Assembly: GCA_017853315.1 (NCBI GenBank)
Contig: JAFMJW010000002.1
Coordinates: forward strand, 8,818 to 72,817
DNA from: Alphaproteobacteria bacterium
GTDB taxonomy: Bacteria; Desulfobacterota; Binatia; UBA12015
Direction: 5' to 3'
Length of the DNA: 64,000 nt
Shown piece by piece: positions 1 through 9,728 of the stretch. The stretch's first letter is position 1, and each line of letters begins with the position of its first letter. Below the pieces are notes generated by a model. The model searched no databases. It was not told the DNA's origin and worked only from the letters and a program-made list of their open reading frames with translations. A program made the position numbers and the translations under genes.

Positions 1-53
1 TCGCACTCGATCGCGCCGTGAACGCGGGACGCGAGGAAGGGAAGCGGGCATGA
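1..53 (+). CDS. 3' end of an upstream gene cut by the window edge; by position possibly recB
   Basis: Open frame ...ALDRAVNAGREEGKRA* stops at TGA 51-53 and overlaps the recD ATG (50-52) as ATGA. Identity is inferred only from the usual recC-recB-recD order. Confidence 0.3.
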   Translation, partial: ALDRAVNAGREEGKRA

Positions 54-2125
54 GACCGGCCGTCGCACCCATGACGCCCACGCTCGCCCTCGCGGGCGCG
101 CCGAAGTCCTTCGAGCGACTGGCATCGAGCCTCGCCCGCGCCGCCGGGGAGCGCGACGCGGAGTCGATCCAGCTCGCCGTCGAGTTTGCCCGTTTCGTGT
201 CGCGAGTGGCGGGCCCGGAGTGTCCGGTGGACCTCCTCGTGGCCGCCGCGCTCGCGAGCCTGCGCGTGAGCAGCGGCAACTCCTGTGCCGATCTCGGGGA
301 TTTTCTCGAGACGACGCGACCGGCGAGCGAGGAGGACGCGGAGAGGTCGTCGGGCGCCGACGACACCTTGCGCGCCTGCCTCCCCGCGGACGTCTCGGCG
401 CGAACCTGGCGCGAGAGTCTTCTCGAGCATCCGGAGATCGTCTCGGTGCCGCCCGCGAAGGGCGAGAAGCCCCGGACCCCGCTGGTCCTCGATGCAGCGA
501 ACCGGCTCTACCTCGCCCGGTACTGGGCCTACGAGCGCGAAGTGGCGGAGGAGCTCGTCCGGCGCGCGCAGGTGGGCCTCGCGGTCGACGAGCCGGCGCT
601 CGTGGATGCGATCGAGGAGTCGTTCCGACCACGTCCCGGCGAGGGTTCGCCCGCCGAGGTGATCCCCGACCTGCAGCGCGTTGCCGCGGTCGTCGCCGCG
701 ACACGATCGCTCTGCATCCTTTCCGGCGGGCCCGGCACCGGGAAGACGTCGACGGTCGTGCGGATCCTCGCGACGCTGAACCGCCTCCGTCTCCGCGAGG
801 GGAAAGACCCGCTCCGCATCAGGCTCGCGGCGCCGACCGGCAAGGCGGCGGCTCGGATGAAGGAAGCCATCGAGAAGGCGCGAGAAGGGATTCCCGAGGA
901 CTTGCGCGGCTCGGTGCCGGGAGAGGCCGCCACCATCCATCGCCTCCTCGGCTTCAAGTCGGACTCGATCTACTTCCGTCACGACCGCGGTCACCAGCTC
1001 CAGGAAGACGTCCTCGTGGTCGACGAGGCGTCGATGGTCGACCTCCCTCTCATGGCGAAACTGCTCCGCGCCTTGCGCCCGGATGCACGACTCGTGCTCG
1101 TGGGCGACAAGGACCAGCTGGCCTCGGTCGAGGCAGGCTCCGTCCTCGGCGACGTCTGCTCGGAGCAAGCGACGCCGTCCGGGGCGGAGGGAGCGACCGG
1201 GACCGCCTCTGGATTCGGGCGCGAGGCCTGGGAGCGTTACACGCGACTCTCCGGTCAACCGGGCGTGCCGATGCCGGGCACGGAGGGCGACAACCCGCTG
1301 CGGGACGCGATCGTGATCCTCGAACACAACTACCGCTTCTCCCGGGACAGCGGGATCCATCGCCTCGCGGAGAGGGTTCGCCTGCGGGACGCGGACGGCG
1401 CACTCGCGGTTCTCGCGGACGGCCGCTCTCGCGAGACCGCCCCCTTGGACGGAGCGCCGGGCCACACCGTCCTCGTCGAGGTGGAATCGCCGACCGCGCT
1501 CGAGGCGAGACTCGAGGCGACCGTCCCCGGTGCCTTCCGCGACTACCTCGCCCTCGCCGCAAAGGGCACCGAGGAAGGCCTCTTCCGGGAATTCAACCGC
1601 TTCCGCCTCCTCTGCGCCGTCCGCCAGGGCGACTTCGGCGTCGAGCGCGTGAACGAGCTCGTCGCCGACGTGCTCGCCGAGCACAGCGCGCTCACGAAGC
1701 GCGGCGAGTGGTACGCCGGGCGCCCCGTCATGGTGACCCGCAACGACTACTCCCTGAACCTCTTCAACGGCGACGTCGGGATCCTGCTGTCGAAGGACGG
1801 CCGGGACCGGGTGCGCTTCGAGGACGGCGCACGCAAGGGCCAGTCGCTTCCCCCCGCGAGGCTGCCGGCCCACGAGACCGTCTTCGCGATGACGATCCAC
1901 AAGAGCCAGGGCTCGGAGTTCGACCGCGTGGTCGTGATCCTCCCGCCGAAGGAGTCGCGCATCCTGGGCCGCGAACTCCTCTACACCGCGATCACCCGCG
2001 CACGGGAGAGCGTCGAGATCTGGGGGACGAAGGACGCGCTGCGCAAGGCGATCGAGACCCGGCTCGCCCGCTCCTCGGGCCTCGCCGACGCGATCCGCGC
2101 GATCGCCGCGGAGGACACCCGGTGA
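50..2125 (+). CDS. recD: Exodeoxyribonuclease V alpha subunit (RecD, SF1 helicase)
   Basis: 691-aa ORF with SF1 helicase motifs: GGPGTGKTSTV (Walker A), LVVDEASMVD (II), VGDKDQLASVEAG (III), TIHKSQGSEF (V), LLYTAITRARE (VI). It has a RecD-type N-terminal domain. Start and stop overlap the neighbouring genes (ATGA, GTGA). Confidence 0.85.
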   Translation: MRPAVAPMTPTLALAGAPKSFERLASSLARAAGERDAESIQLAVEFARFVSRVAGPECPVDLLVAAALASLRVSSGNSCADLGDFLETTRPASEEDAERSSGADDTLRACLPADVSARTWRESLLEHPEIVSVPPAKGEKPRTPLVLDAANRLYLARYWAYEREVAEELVRRAQVGLAVDEPALVDAIEESFRPRPGEGSPAEVIPDLQRVAAVVAATRSLCILSGGPGTGKTSTVVRILATLNRLRLREGKDPLRIRLAAPTGKAAARMKEAIEKAREGIPEDLRGSVPGEAATIHRLLGFKSDSIYFRHDRGHQLQEDVLVVDEASMVDLPLMAKLLRALRPDARLVLVGDKDQLASVEAGSVLGDVCSEQATPSGAEGATGTASGFGREAWERYTRLSGQPGVPMPGTEGDNPLRDAIVILEHNYRFSRDSGIHRLAERVRLRDADGALAVLADGRSRETAPLDGAPGHTVLVEVESPTALEARLEATVPGAFRDYLALAAKGTEEGLFREFNRFRLLCAVRQGDFGVERVNELVADVLAEHSALTKRGEWYAGRPVMVTRNDYSLNLFNGDVGILLSKDGRDRVRFEDGARKGQSLPPARLPAHETVFAMTIHKSQGSEFDRVVVILPPKESRILGRELLYTAITRARESVEIWGTKDALRKAIETRLARSSGLADAIRAIAAEDTR

Positions 2126-3387
2126 AGATCGTCGTCTGTGCGGACGTCCACCTCGACAGTCGGCTGCGGGGCCTCGACGCCTACGAGGGCGCCCCGGCCG
2201 ACGCGATCCGCGGCGCGAGCCGCCTGGCGCTCGGCAACGTCATCAAGCTCGCCATCGAAGAGAGAGCCGTCGCCCTGCTCGTCCCGGGGGACCTCTTCGA
2301 CGGAGACTGGGCCGACTACGGCACGGGGCTGCACTTCGCCGCCGAGATGAAGCGGCTCGGGAAGGCCGGCATCCGGGCCTTCGTCGCCTGGGGCAACCAC
2401 GACGCCGAGAGCAACGTGTCGCGACGGCTGGCCTGGCCCGACAACGTGCACGTCTTCCCGTCCGACCGGGCCGCGACCGAGCGGTTCGAGGTGGAGGGCC
2501 TGCGGCTCGCGATCCACGGGCGCAGTTTCCCGCGACCGGACGTGACCGAGAACCTCGCGACGACCTACCCGGCGCCGGTCGAGGGATTCCTGAACGTCGG
2601 CATGCTCCACACGGCGCTCGAAGGCGACGCCCTGCATGCGCGCTACGCGCCCTGCAGCCCTGCCGAGCTCGTCGCACGGGGCTACCAGGGCTGGGCTCTC
2701 GGCCACGTGCACCAGCGCAGGAAGGTCGAGGCGGCCTGTCCCATCGTGTACCCGGGCAACCTCCAGGGCCGGCACGTCCGCGAGACCGGCCCCAAGGGCT
2801 GCGCCGTCTTCACCGTCGAGGACCGACGCATCGTCGACGTCGCGTTCCCGCCAGCCGACGTGCTCCGATGGGACGTGGCGGAGGTCGACGTCTCCTCCGC
2901 GACCGACCTCGACGCGGTCGCACGGCTCGCGGCCGACTCCGTCCGCGGACTCCTCGCCGGTGCGGACGGTCTACCGCTGGCGTGCAGGGTTCGCCTGCGA
3001 GGTCGCACGGAACTCCACGACGAGGTGGTCGATCGGCTCCACGAACTCGCGAACTCGATCCGCGCGACGGCCCCGAACGAGGCGTGGATCGAGAAGGTCG
3101 AGGCCAGGACCGCACCCTGCCGCGAAGAAGGCACACCCACGGCGGACCGAACGGACGCGCTCGCCGAGGTCGAGCGAACGCTCCGGGAGATCGAGTCGAA
3201 GCCGGAACTCGTCGCCGAGTTGCTGCCCGATCTCGGAAAGCTCGCCGAGATCCTTCCGGCGGAGCTCCGCAACGACCCCGAGGGGCCGATCCGCCCCGGC
3301 GACCCGGACTGGGTGCAGGCGCGAATCGCGGAGGCCCGGTCGATCCTGACCCGCAGGCTCGCAGCGCGCAGGGAGGAGGACGCGTGA
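2122..3387 (+). CDS. SbcD/Mre11-type metallophosphoesterase nuclease (B. subtilis YhaO/SbcF-like)
   Basis: GTG at 2122 lies in frame within tracked ORF 220..3387. Calcineurin-like phosphoesterase motifs are present: VCADVHLD, PGDLFDG, WGNHDAE, LGHVH. The first 1.9 kb of the tracked ORF is an out-of-frame read-through of recD. Confidence 0.8.
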   Translation: MKIVVCADVHLDSRLRGLDAYEGAPADAIRGASRLALGNVIKLAIEERAVALLVPGDLFDGDWADYGTGLHFAAEMKRLGKAGIRAFVAWGNHDAESNVSRRLAWPDNVHVFPSDRAATERFEVEGLRLAIHGRSFPRPDVTENLATTYPAPVEGFLNVGMLHTALEGDALHARYAPCSPAELVARGYQGWALGHVHQRRKVEAACPIVYPGNLQGRHVRETGPKGCAVFTVEDRRIVDVAFPPADVLRWDVAEVDVSSATDLDAVARLAADSVRGLLAGADGLPLACRVRLRGRTELHDEVVDRLHELANSIRATAPNEAWIEKVEARTAPCREEGTPTADRTDALAEVERTLREIESKPELVAELLPDLGKLAEILPAELRNDPEGPIRPGDPDWVQARIAEARSILTRRLAARREEDA

Positions 3388-6300
3388 GGCTGCTGGAGCT
3401 GCGCATCGAGCGCTACGGGCACTTCTCCTCCATGAGGCTCCCGCTCGACGGGGAGGGCTGTCTCCTGCACGTGATCCTCGGCCCGAACGAAGCCGGCAAG
3501 TCGACCCTGCTCGACGCGATCTCCGACCTGCTGTTCGGATTCCCCGCGAGGTCGCCCTACGGCTTCCGGTTCGAGAACAACCTCCTGCGCGTGGGTGCGG
3601 CGATGGAGCGTTCGGACGGCGAGGGTCTCGAGGTCGTCCGCCGAAAGGGAATGCGCAACACCCTCACGACGCCCGACCAGAAACCCGTCGACGAGGCGGT
3701 CCTCGCTCGGATGCTCGGCGGAGCGACCCGCACGGTGTTCGAAGACCTCTTCGCACTGAACGAGGAGCGGCTGCGCGAAGGAGGCAGGAACTTCGTCGCG
3801 GGCAAGGGCAACGTCGGCGAGGCGCTGTTCTCGGCAAGCGGCCTCGTGGCGGACGTTCGCAAGGTTCTCGACGTACTCGATGCCGAGGCCAGGTCGTTGT
3901 GGGTGCCCACCGCCAGGCAGGCCGAGGTGCCGATCGCGCTCCGGCGCATCGGCGAGCTGGCGAAGGAAAAGGCCAAGGCCCAGCTCTCCGTCGCCACGTG
4001 GCAGAAGGACTCCCACGAGGCGACGAGGGCCGCCGCGGAGTCGGGAAGGGCCGAGGAGAAGCTCCGGGAGCGCCGACGCGAGCTCGGTCGCCTCCAGAGG
4101 ATCCGACGGTGCATCGACACCGTGACCGACCTTCGAGTCTGCGAGCAGACGCTCGCGGAACTCGAAGCCGTGCCGCTCCTGCAGGAGATCCAGCGCGACC
4201 GCCGAGTCCAGACCGAGGACCGCCTGCGCAGGGCGCTCGACAGCCTCGAGAAGGTCAGGGCCGAGTCGAGGGACACCGAGGGCAAGCTGGCCGGGCTCCC
4301 GGGCCGCGCCCCGATCCTGGACCACTCCGTGGCGATCGAACTCCTCCGCGAGAGTCGGTCGGTGACTCGCAAGGGGGTCCTCGACCTTCCCAAGCGCAGG
4401 GAAGAGGCGGCGGCCTGCGAGCACATGATCGAGTCGCTGGCGACGAAGGCGGGGCTTCCGAACCTCCGGCCCGACGGGGCGGGACTGCCCGCGGCCGCCG
4501 TCGTCGAGTCGCTTCGCCGCCTCGCGGCACAGCACTCCGGCGTCGAGAGCACGTGGAAAGCCGGCGAGGCGACCCTGCGACGAGAGAAGTCCGATTTCGA
4601 GGAAAAGCGCGAAGCCGCGGGGCGCCCCCTTCCTCCCGATCCGGCGCCGCTCGAGTCGATCCTCGAGTCCACCGCCAGATCCGCCGATCTCTCCACCCAG
4701 GTCGAGAAGGCGAAGGGCGAAGCCCGGGACACGCGAGACGAAGCCGCGGTTCGCTTCCTGCGACTGAATCCGCGCCCCGCGACCCTCGACGCACTTCGGA
4801 CCGTCGCCGTTCCGCTCGACGACAGCCTCGCCCGGCACGAGAGGACCATCGCCGACTGCGAGCAGGACGTCCGGGCTGCGAAGGCGCGGCTCGACGAAGC
4901 CCGGGACGACCTGGCCGCCCGACACCGGGAACTCTCGGAGGCGGAGGCCGGGACGCTGGCGATCACCGAGGAGGAGCTTCGCGAGGCCCGCGCCCGTCGC
5001 GCGGACGCATGGGCGAGGCTCCGGCGCGACGTCGTCGACCGGGAGGCCGGACCGCCCGCTCGCGAGATCGGCGGGCCGCTCGCCGACGCCTTCGAGATCC
5101 ACGTCGGGGAGGCGGACTCGATCGCCGACGCACGCTACCGGAACGCGACCGCCATCGCGCGCATCGAGTCGCATCGGAAAGAGATCGCCAAGAGCGAGAA
5201 AGCCGTGGGCGACGCGTCGGAGAACGTGCGGCAGGAAGAGACGCGTCACGCCGCCGCCATGGCCGCGTGGACAGAGGCCTGGCACGGCACGGGGATCATG
5301 CCGCTCCCTCCCGCCGAGATGCGCCGCTGGAACGACGAGCGGAAGGAAATCCTGCGACTGCTCGACGGTGCCTCCCGGTCCGAAAAGATCGCCGAGAGCC
5401 TCGAGAGGCAGGAGGCGACCGCGGCGGACGAGGTCCGGCGGGAAATGGTCGCCCTGGGTCTCGAACCTCCCGCCGGGAGTCCGGGTCTCGCCACTCTTCG
5501 CATCCGCGCGCGCACTTCGGTCGACCGGCTCAAGGAAGAGCGCCAGGCGCATGCCACGGCCGCGCAGACCCTCGAAGCCGCGAGGATCACCCTGCGCACC
5601 GCCGAGCGAGCCCACGAGGAGGCGGTCCGAGCCCGGGACGAGTGGCAACGAGCGTGGGACGCAGCGATCGCCCCGCTCGGACGCGACACGGCGATCGATC
5701 CGACCGACGCGGAGTCCGTGCTCGGCCCCATCGAGTCCATCCGGGCCGAAGTGGCCAAGCGCGTGACGCTCGTGCAACGCATCGACGCCATCGGGAGGGA
5801 CCTGGATGCCTTCGGGTCGACGGCACGCGAGCTGGCATGCGCCGTCGGTCTCGCAGCACCTGCGTCGGAGCCCTCCGAACTCGCCGACGCGATCCTCCGT
5901 GAACTCTCCACCGCGACCGAGGTGGAGAGGGACCGCGTGAACCTGGGGGAGGTTCTCGAGAAGAGTCGAAAGGCCGAGCGCGAGACGGAAGCCGGAATCG
6001 AGCGCGATCGAGCCGAACTCGCGGGCCTCGCGAAACTGCTCGCGACCGACGACCTGTCGAACCTCGCCGCGGCCGAGAAGAACGCGGCGGACAAGCGCGA
6101 TGCATCGAACCGCCGCAAGGAGCTGATCGATCGACTTCGGGCGGAGGGCGACCCGGACGAGATCCGCCGGGAGGTCGAGAATGCCGACCTGGACTCCCTC
6201 GACGCGGACGTCGAGGGACTGGGAACCGAGATCGCCGCACTCGAGGCGGACCACAAGGCTCTCGCCGAGAAGACCGGTGCTGCGCGACTCCAGCTGGAGA

Positions 6301-6917
6301 GCCACGAGAGATCCAAGGGCTCGGCGGATCTCGCGCAGGACGAGGAGAACGAGGTCGGTCGCCTGCGCTCCGCGGTCGAGCGATGGGTCCGGCTGCGCGT
6401 CGCGTCCGCCGTCCTCGGACGCGCGCTCGAGAGCTACCGGGAGAAGAACCAGGACCCGCTCGTCTCGATCGCCTCGGAGCGCTTCGCTTCGCTCACCGCG
6501 GGGGCGTTCGAGCGTCTCGCGACCGACCTGGGCGACCACGGCCCGGAACTCCGGGCCGTCCGGGCCCGGGAGCCGGGCGACGCGGGCGAACCCGAGCGAC
6601 TGCTCAGCACCGGCCTGAGCCTCGGCACCGCCGACCAGCTCTTCCTCGCGCTGCGGCTCGCCGCCGTCGAGCGCTACTGCGCGGCGAGCGAGCCCCTGCC
6701 CTTCGTGGCCGACGACCTCCTTCCGTCGTTCGACGACGACCGCACCCGGGCCGCGATCGCGAGCCTCGCGAAACTGGGCGAGACGACCCAGGTGCTGCTC
6801 TTCACGCACCATGCCGCCGTCGCGGACCTCGCACGCGAGTCGCTCGGTCCGGCCGTCCGGATCCACCGGCTGGCGGACCTCCGACGGCAGGATCCGACGA
6901 CGACGAAAGGGGCTTGA
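3384..6917 (+). CDS. SMC/SbcC-like AAA ATPase with long coiled coil (YhaN/SbcE-like)
   Basis: GTG at 3384 lies in frame within ORF 2868..6917 and overlaps the previous stop as GTGA. Walker A is GPNEAGKST. About 900 aa are E/R/A/L-rich coiled coil. The C-terminal signature is LSTGLSLGTADQLFLALRLA and Walker B is LPFVADDLL. I saw no CxxC zinc hook. Confidence 0.8.
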   Translation: MRLLELRIERYGHFSSMRLPLDGEGCLLHVILGPNEAGKSTLLDAISDLLFGFPARSPYGFRFENNLLRVGAAMERSDGEGLEVVRRKGMRNTLTTPDQKPVDEAVLARMLGGATRTVFEDLFALNEERLREGGRNFVAGKGNVGEALFSASGLVADVRKVLDVLDAEARSLWVPTARQAEVPIALRRIGELAKEKAKAQLSVATWQKDSHEATRAAAESGRAEEKLRERRRELGRLQRIRRCIDTVTDLRVCEQTLAELEAVPLLQEIQRDRRVQTEDRLRRALDSLEKVRAESRDTEGKLAGLPGRAPILDHSVAIELLRESRSVTRKGVLDLPKRREEAAACEHMIESLATKAGLPNLRPDGAGLPAAAVVESLRRLAAQHSGVESTWKAGEATLRREKSDFEEKREAAGRPLPPDPAPLESILESTARSADLSTQVEKAKGEARDTRDEAAVRFLRLNPRPATLDALRTVAVPLDDSLARHERTIADCEQDVRAAKARLDEARDDLAARHRELSEAEAGTLAITEEELREARARRADAWARLRRDVVDREAGPPAREIGGPLADAFEIHVGEADSIADARYRNATAIARIESHRKEIAKSEKAVGDASENVRQEETRHAAAMAAWTEAWHGTGIMPLPPAEMRRWNDERKEILRLLDGASRSEKIAESLERQEATAADEVRREMVALGLEPPAGSPGLATLRIRARTSVDRLKEERQAHATAAQTLEAARITLRTAERAHEEAVRARDEWQRAWDAAIAPLGRDTAIDPTDAESVLGPIESIRAEVAKRVTLVQRIDAIGRDLDAFGSTARELACAVGLAAPASEPSELADAILRELSTATEVERDRVNLGEVLEKSRKAERETEAGIERDRAELAGLAKLLATDDLSNLAAAEKNAADKRDASNRRKELIDRLRAEGDPDEIRREVENADLDSLDADVEGLGTEIAALEADHKALAEKTGAARLQLESHERSKGSADLAQDEENEVGRLRSAVERWVRLRVASAVLGRALESYREKNQDPLVSIASERFASLTAGAFERLATDLGDHGPELRAVRAREPGDAGEPERLLSTGLSLGTADQLFLALRLAAVERYCAASEPLPFVADDLLPSFDDDRTRAAIASLAKLGETTQVLLFTHHAAVADLARESLGPAVRIHRLADLRRQDPTTTKGA

Positions 6918-6939
6918 CGCTCTCCCGAGCAACTGACAC

Positions 6940-7673
6940 CTGCCATGTCATGACCTCCGCGCGGGCGGCACCCCTCCGGAGAACGACCTGGGAGACCCGA
7001 GAGACATCCACCCTCCGACGCGGCTCGGCGCCCTCGCCCTCGCCTGCGCCGCGCGCGCCCTCTCCCCGGGCTGCGGCACGGTCGACACCGTCCCGGCCGC
7101 CGTCGAGTCGAGCTCCGCCGAGCCCGCGATCCGCACCACCGCGGCCGGAGTCTCCTTCGCCCGCACGCCCGACGCCTGCTTCGCGGGCCTCGCCGACTTC
7201 CCGTGGGAGCCGAAGTACGTCGAGATCGACGGGCTCCGGCAGGCCTGCGTCGACGAGGGGCCGCCCGACGCCGCGCCCGTCCTGCTGCTCCACGGGGAGC
7301 CCTCCGCGGCCGCCGCCTACGACGCGCCGTTTCCCCGGCGCGAGTCCATGGCGGGCGTGCGGACCTTCCCGTCGCTCATCAACCAGGTCGGCGGGACGAA
7401 CGAACGGGCCTGGGCCGGCCTGAAGGCCTTCCCGCGGCCCTCGTCGCGATCCGGGCCTCCTGCGACCCCGGGAACCTGGGGCGATTCGGGGCCCGGCAGA
7501 GACTGATCGACGAGGTCCGGGGCGCCGCGGGCCAGCCGCACACGCGGCTCGCCGAGGCGAGTCACTTCCTGCAGGACGACCGGGGCGCGAAGATCGCCGC
7601 CCTCCTCGACGACTGGATCGGGGGCACGTCGGCGCCGGCCGACTTCCCCCCGCGAGGCTGCAGCCTGCCCTAG
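6940..7673 (+). pseudogene. Decayed haloalkane dehalogenase (DhlA/DhmA-type alpha/beta hydrolase) relic
   Basis: Frame 1 reads ...[14 protein letters not shown]...[48 protein letters not shown]. This is joined directly to [24 protein letters not shown], so about 150-170 aa of the core fold are missing. A frame change near 7430-7440 leads into [14 protein letters not shown]...GAAGQPHTRLAEASHFLQDDRGAKIAALLDDWI (frame of ORF 7203..7673). The N-terminal frame has no ATG/GTG/TTG start. Confidence 0.55.
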
Positions 7674-9463
7674 GACACCATCTCGACGACCGAGTCGCCC
7701 TCGTGGCGGAGGATGAACTTCTTGTCCTCCACGAGCTTCCGCTTCGCCGCGCGCTCGACGATGAAGTTGCCGAGGTAGAGCACGTCCATCTCGGAGCGCG
7801 TGAACGTGTTGAACGCGTTCAGCGGCGTCTCGACGATCGGCTCGCCCTTCAGGTTGAAGCTCGTGTTGAGCACGACCGGCACGCCGGTCGCCTGGCCGAA
7901 GAGCTCGATCATGCGGTGGTAGCCGGGGTTGGTCTCCTTCATCACCGTCTGCAGCCGGCCCGAGCCGTCGACGTGGGTGATGGCGGGGATGACGTCCCGC
8001 TTGTCCTCCTTCACCGGCACGACGTAGAGCATGAAGCGCGCCGGGTAGTGCGACATCGCGTTCGGGAGTTCGAAGTACTGCTCGCAGGCCTCGCCGAGCA
8101 CGCTCGGGGCGAACGGCCGGAACGCCTCGCGGAACTTGATCTTCGCGTTCACGACGTCCTTCATCTCGGCCCGCCTCGGGTCGGCGATGATGGAGCGGGC
8201 GCCGAGCGCGCGCGGGCCCCACTCGAAGCGGCCGCGGTACCAGCCGCACACCTTGCCCGACGTCAGGTCGTCGACCACGCGCGAGAAGAAGCGGTCGTCG
8301 TCCTCGATGTGCTCGTAGGCGAGGCCGTTCGACTTCAGGAAGTCCGCGACCTGCGAGTCGCTGTACTCGCTGCCGAGGTAGGCGTGGCCGAGCGGCCCCA
8401 CCCGCGGCTTGCCGAGCAGGTGGTGGTAGGCCCACAGCGCGGCGCCGATCGCGCCGCCGTCGTCGCCCGGGCCCGGCGGGATGTAGATCTGCTCGAAGCC
8501 CGCGTCGCGCAGGATCTTCGCGTTCGCGACCGAGTTCAGCGCGACGCCGCCCGAGAGGCAGAGATTCTTCAGGCCCGTCCGCTTCTGCACGGACGAGGCG
8601 AGCTTGATCATGATCTCCTCGGTCACGGCCTGGATCGAGGAGGCGACGTCGCAGTAGAAGGGATCGAGCGACTTGTCGCCGAGCGCCGGATCGCGCGGCG
8701 GCGCGCCCATGACCTCGGAGAACTTGGGCGCGAGCGTGTTGTCGGGCGAGTAGTGGAAGGCGAAGTGGTCGAGGTCGAGCCAGTAGGAGCCGTCGGACCC
8801 GATCTTGATCATCTTCTTGATGCGATCGGTGTAGTTCGGCGTGCCGTAGGGAGCCATGCCCATCAGCTTGTACTCGCCCTCGTTCACCTCGAAGCCGCAG
8901 TAGGCGGTGAACGCCGAGTAGAGGAGCCCGAGCGAGTGCGGGAAGCGGCTCTCCTGCTCGAGCTCGATCTTCGTGCCGCGTCCGACGCCGACCGTGCCGG
9001 TCGTCCACTCGCCGGCGCCGTCGACCGTGATGATCGCCGACTCCTGGAAGGGCGAGCAGAAGTAGCTCGCGGCGGCGTGCGACATGTGGTGGTCGCAGAA
9101 CAGGATGCGCTTGTTCTCGACGCCCAGCTTCTCGCGGATGAGCGGCTTGATCCAGAGCTTGTCGGTCACCCAGCGGCGCATCGACTCGCGGAAGACCCGG
9201 TGCGAGCGCGGGAAGGTCGCGAACGCCGTCGTCAGCAGGCGCTCGAACTTCACGAAGGGCTTCTCGTAGAAGACGACGTAATCGACGTCGTGGATGGTGA
9301 TGCCGCCCTTGGCGAGCACGAAGTCGACCGCGAGGCTCGGGAAGCGGTTGTCGTGCTTCACCCGGGAGAAGCGCTCTTCCTCACCGGCCGCCACGACCAC
9401 GCCGTCCTGGACGAGGGCCGCGGCGCTGTCGTGGTAGTAGAAGGACAGGCCGAGGATGTTCAT
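7670..9463 (-). CDS. Carbamoyltransferase (NodU/CmcH/SxtI family)
   Basis: Start reset to ATG 9463 (MNILGLSFYYHDSAAALVQDGVVVAAGEEERFSRVKHD...). The 597 aa are colinear with the family throughout. The 89-aa N-terminal extension in the track is Arg/Pro-rich junk. Confidence 0.9.
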   Translation of the reverse strand: MNILGLSFYYHDSAAALVQDGVVVAAGEEERFSRVKHDNRFPSLAVDFVLAKGGITIHDVDYVVFYEKPFVKFERLLTTAFATFPRSHRVFRESMRRWVTDKLWIKPLIREKLGVENKRILFCDHHMSHAAASYFCSPFQESAIITVDGAGEWTTGTVGVGRGTKIELEQESRFPHSLGLLYSAFTAYCGFEVNEGEYKLMGMAPYGTPNYTDRIKKMIKIGSDGSYWLDLDHFAFHYSPDNTLAPKFSEVMGAPPRDPALGDKSLDPFYCDVASSIQAVTEEIMIKLASSVQKRTGLKNLCLSGGVALNSVANAKILRDAGFEQIYIPPGPGDDGGAIGAALWAYHHLLGKPRVGPLGHAYLGSEYSDSQVADFLKSNGLAYEHIEDDDRFFSRVVDDLTSGKVCGWYRGRFEWGPRALGARSIIADPRRAEMKDVVNAKIKFREAFRPFAPSVLGEACEQYFELPNAMSHYPARFMLYVVPVKEDKRDVIPAITHVDGSGRLQTVMKETNPGYHRMIELFGQATGVPVVLNTSFNLKGEPIVETPLNAFNTFTRSEMDVLYLGNFIVERAAKRKLVEDKKFILRHEGDSVVEMVS

Positions 9464-9728
9464 CGTATGGGGGTCCCCTGGGCCGCTCCGGCGGGGCCGG
9501 GGAGGCCTCTCCACCCGCGGCGAGCGTGCGAATCTCGACGCTACCGAAGGGAAATCGGGGCGACAACCGGCGCCCCGCGAGCATCGGGGGCCCGCGGGGC
9601 GGACCCGTCGCGGTCGCGACGGCCCGCCGAACGCCCGCCCCGACCTCGGCGAGCCTCCGGCGCCGGGCGGCCGGGCTCGGCCGCCCGCCCGGTTGCGCAC
9701 CCCGACGGCCCGCCCGTAAGCGGCACCC

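Noticed and set aside
50-6917. RecD-like helicase + nuclease + AAA ATPase considered as a phage-defence island
   Set aside because: The helicase has the RecD-type N-terminal domain and is start/stop-coupled to an upstream gene, as in recBCD operons. The nuclease/ATPase pair fits the SbcCD/SbcEF repair family. No mobile-element, toxin or restriction-like genes flank it. Repair is the more parsimonious reading, although a defence role cannot be excluded without searches.
2682-6932. 1416-aa minus-strand ORF (and ORFs 3557..4966, 5246..6316) antisense to the SbcD/SbcC-like genes
   Set aside because: The translation is Arg/Gly/Pro/Ala-rich with no recognisable motifs. The plus strand carries complete phosphoesterase and Walker A/B/signature motifs. 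Long stop-free antisense frames are expected at this G+C content.
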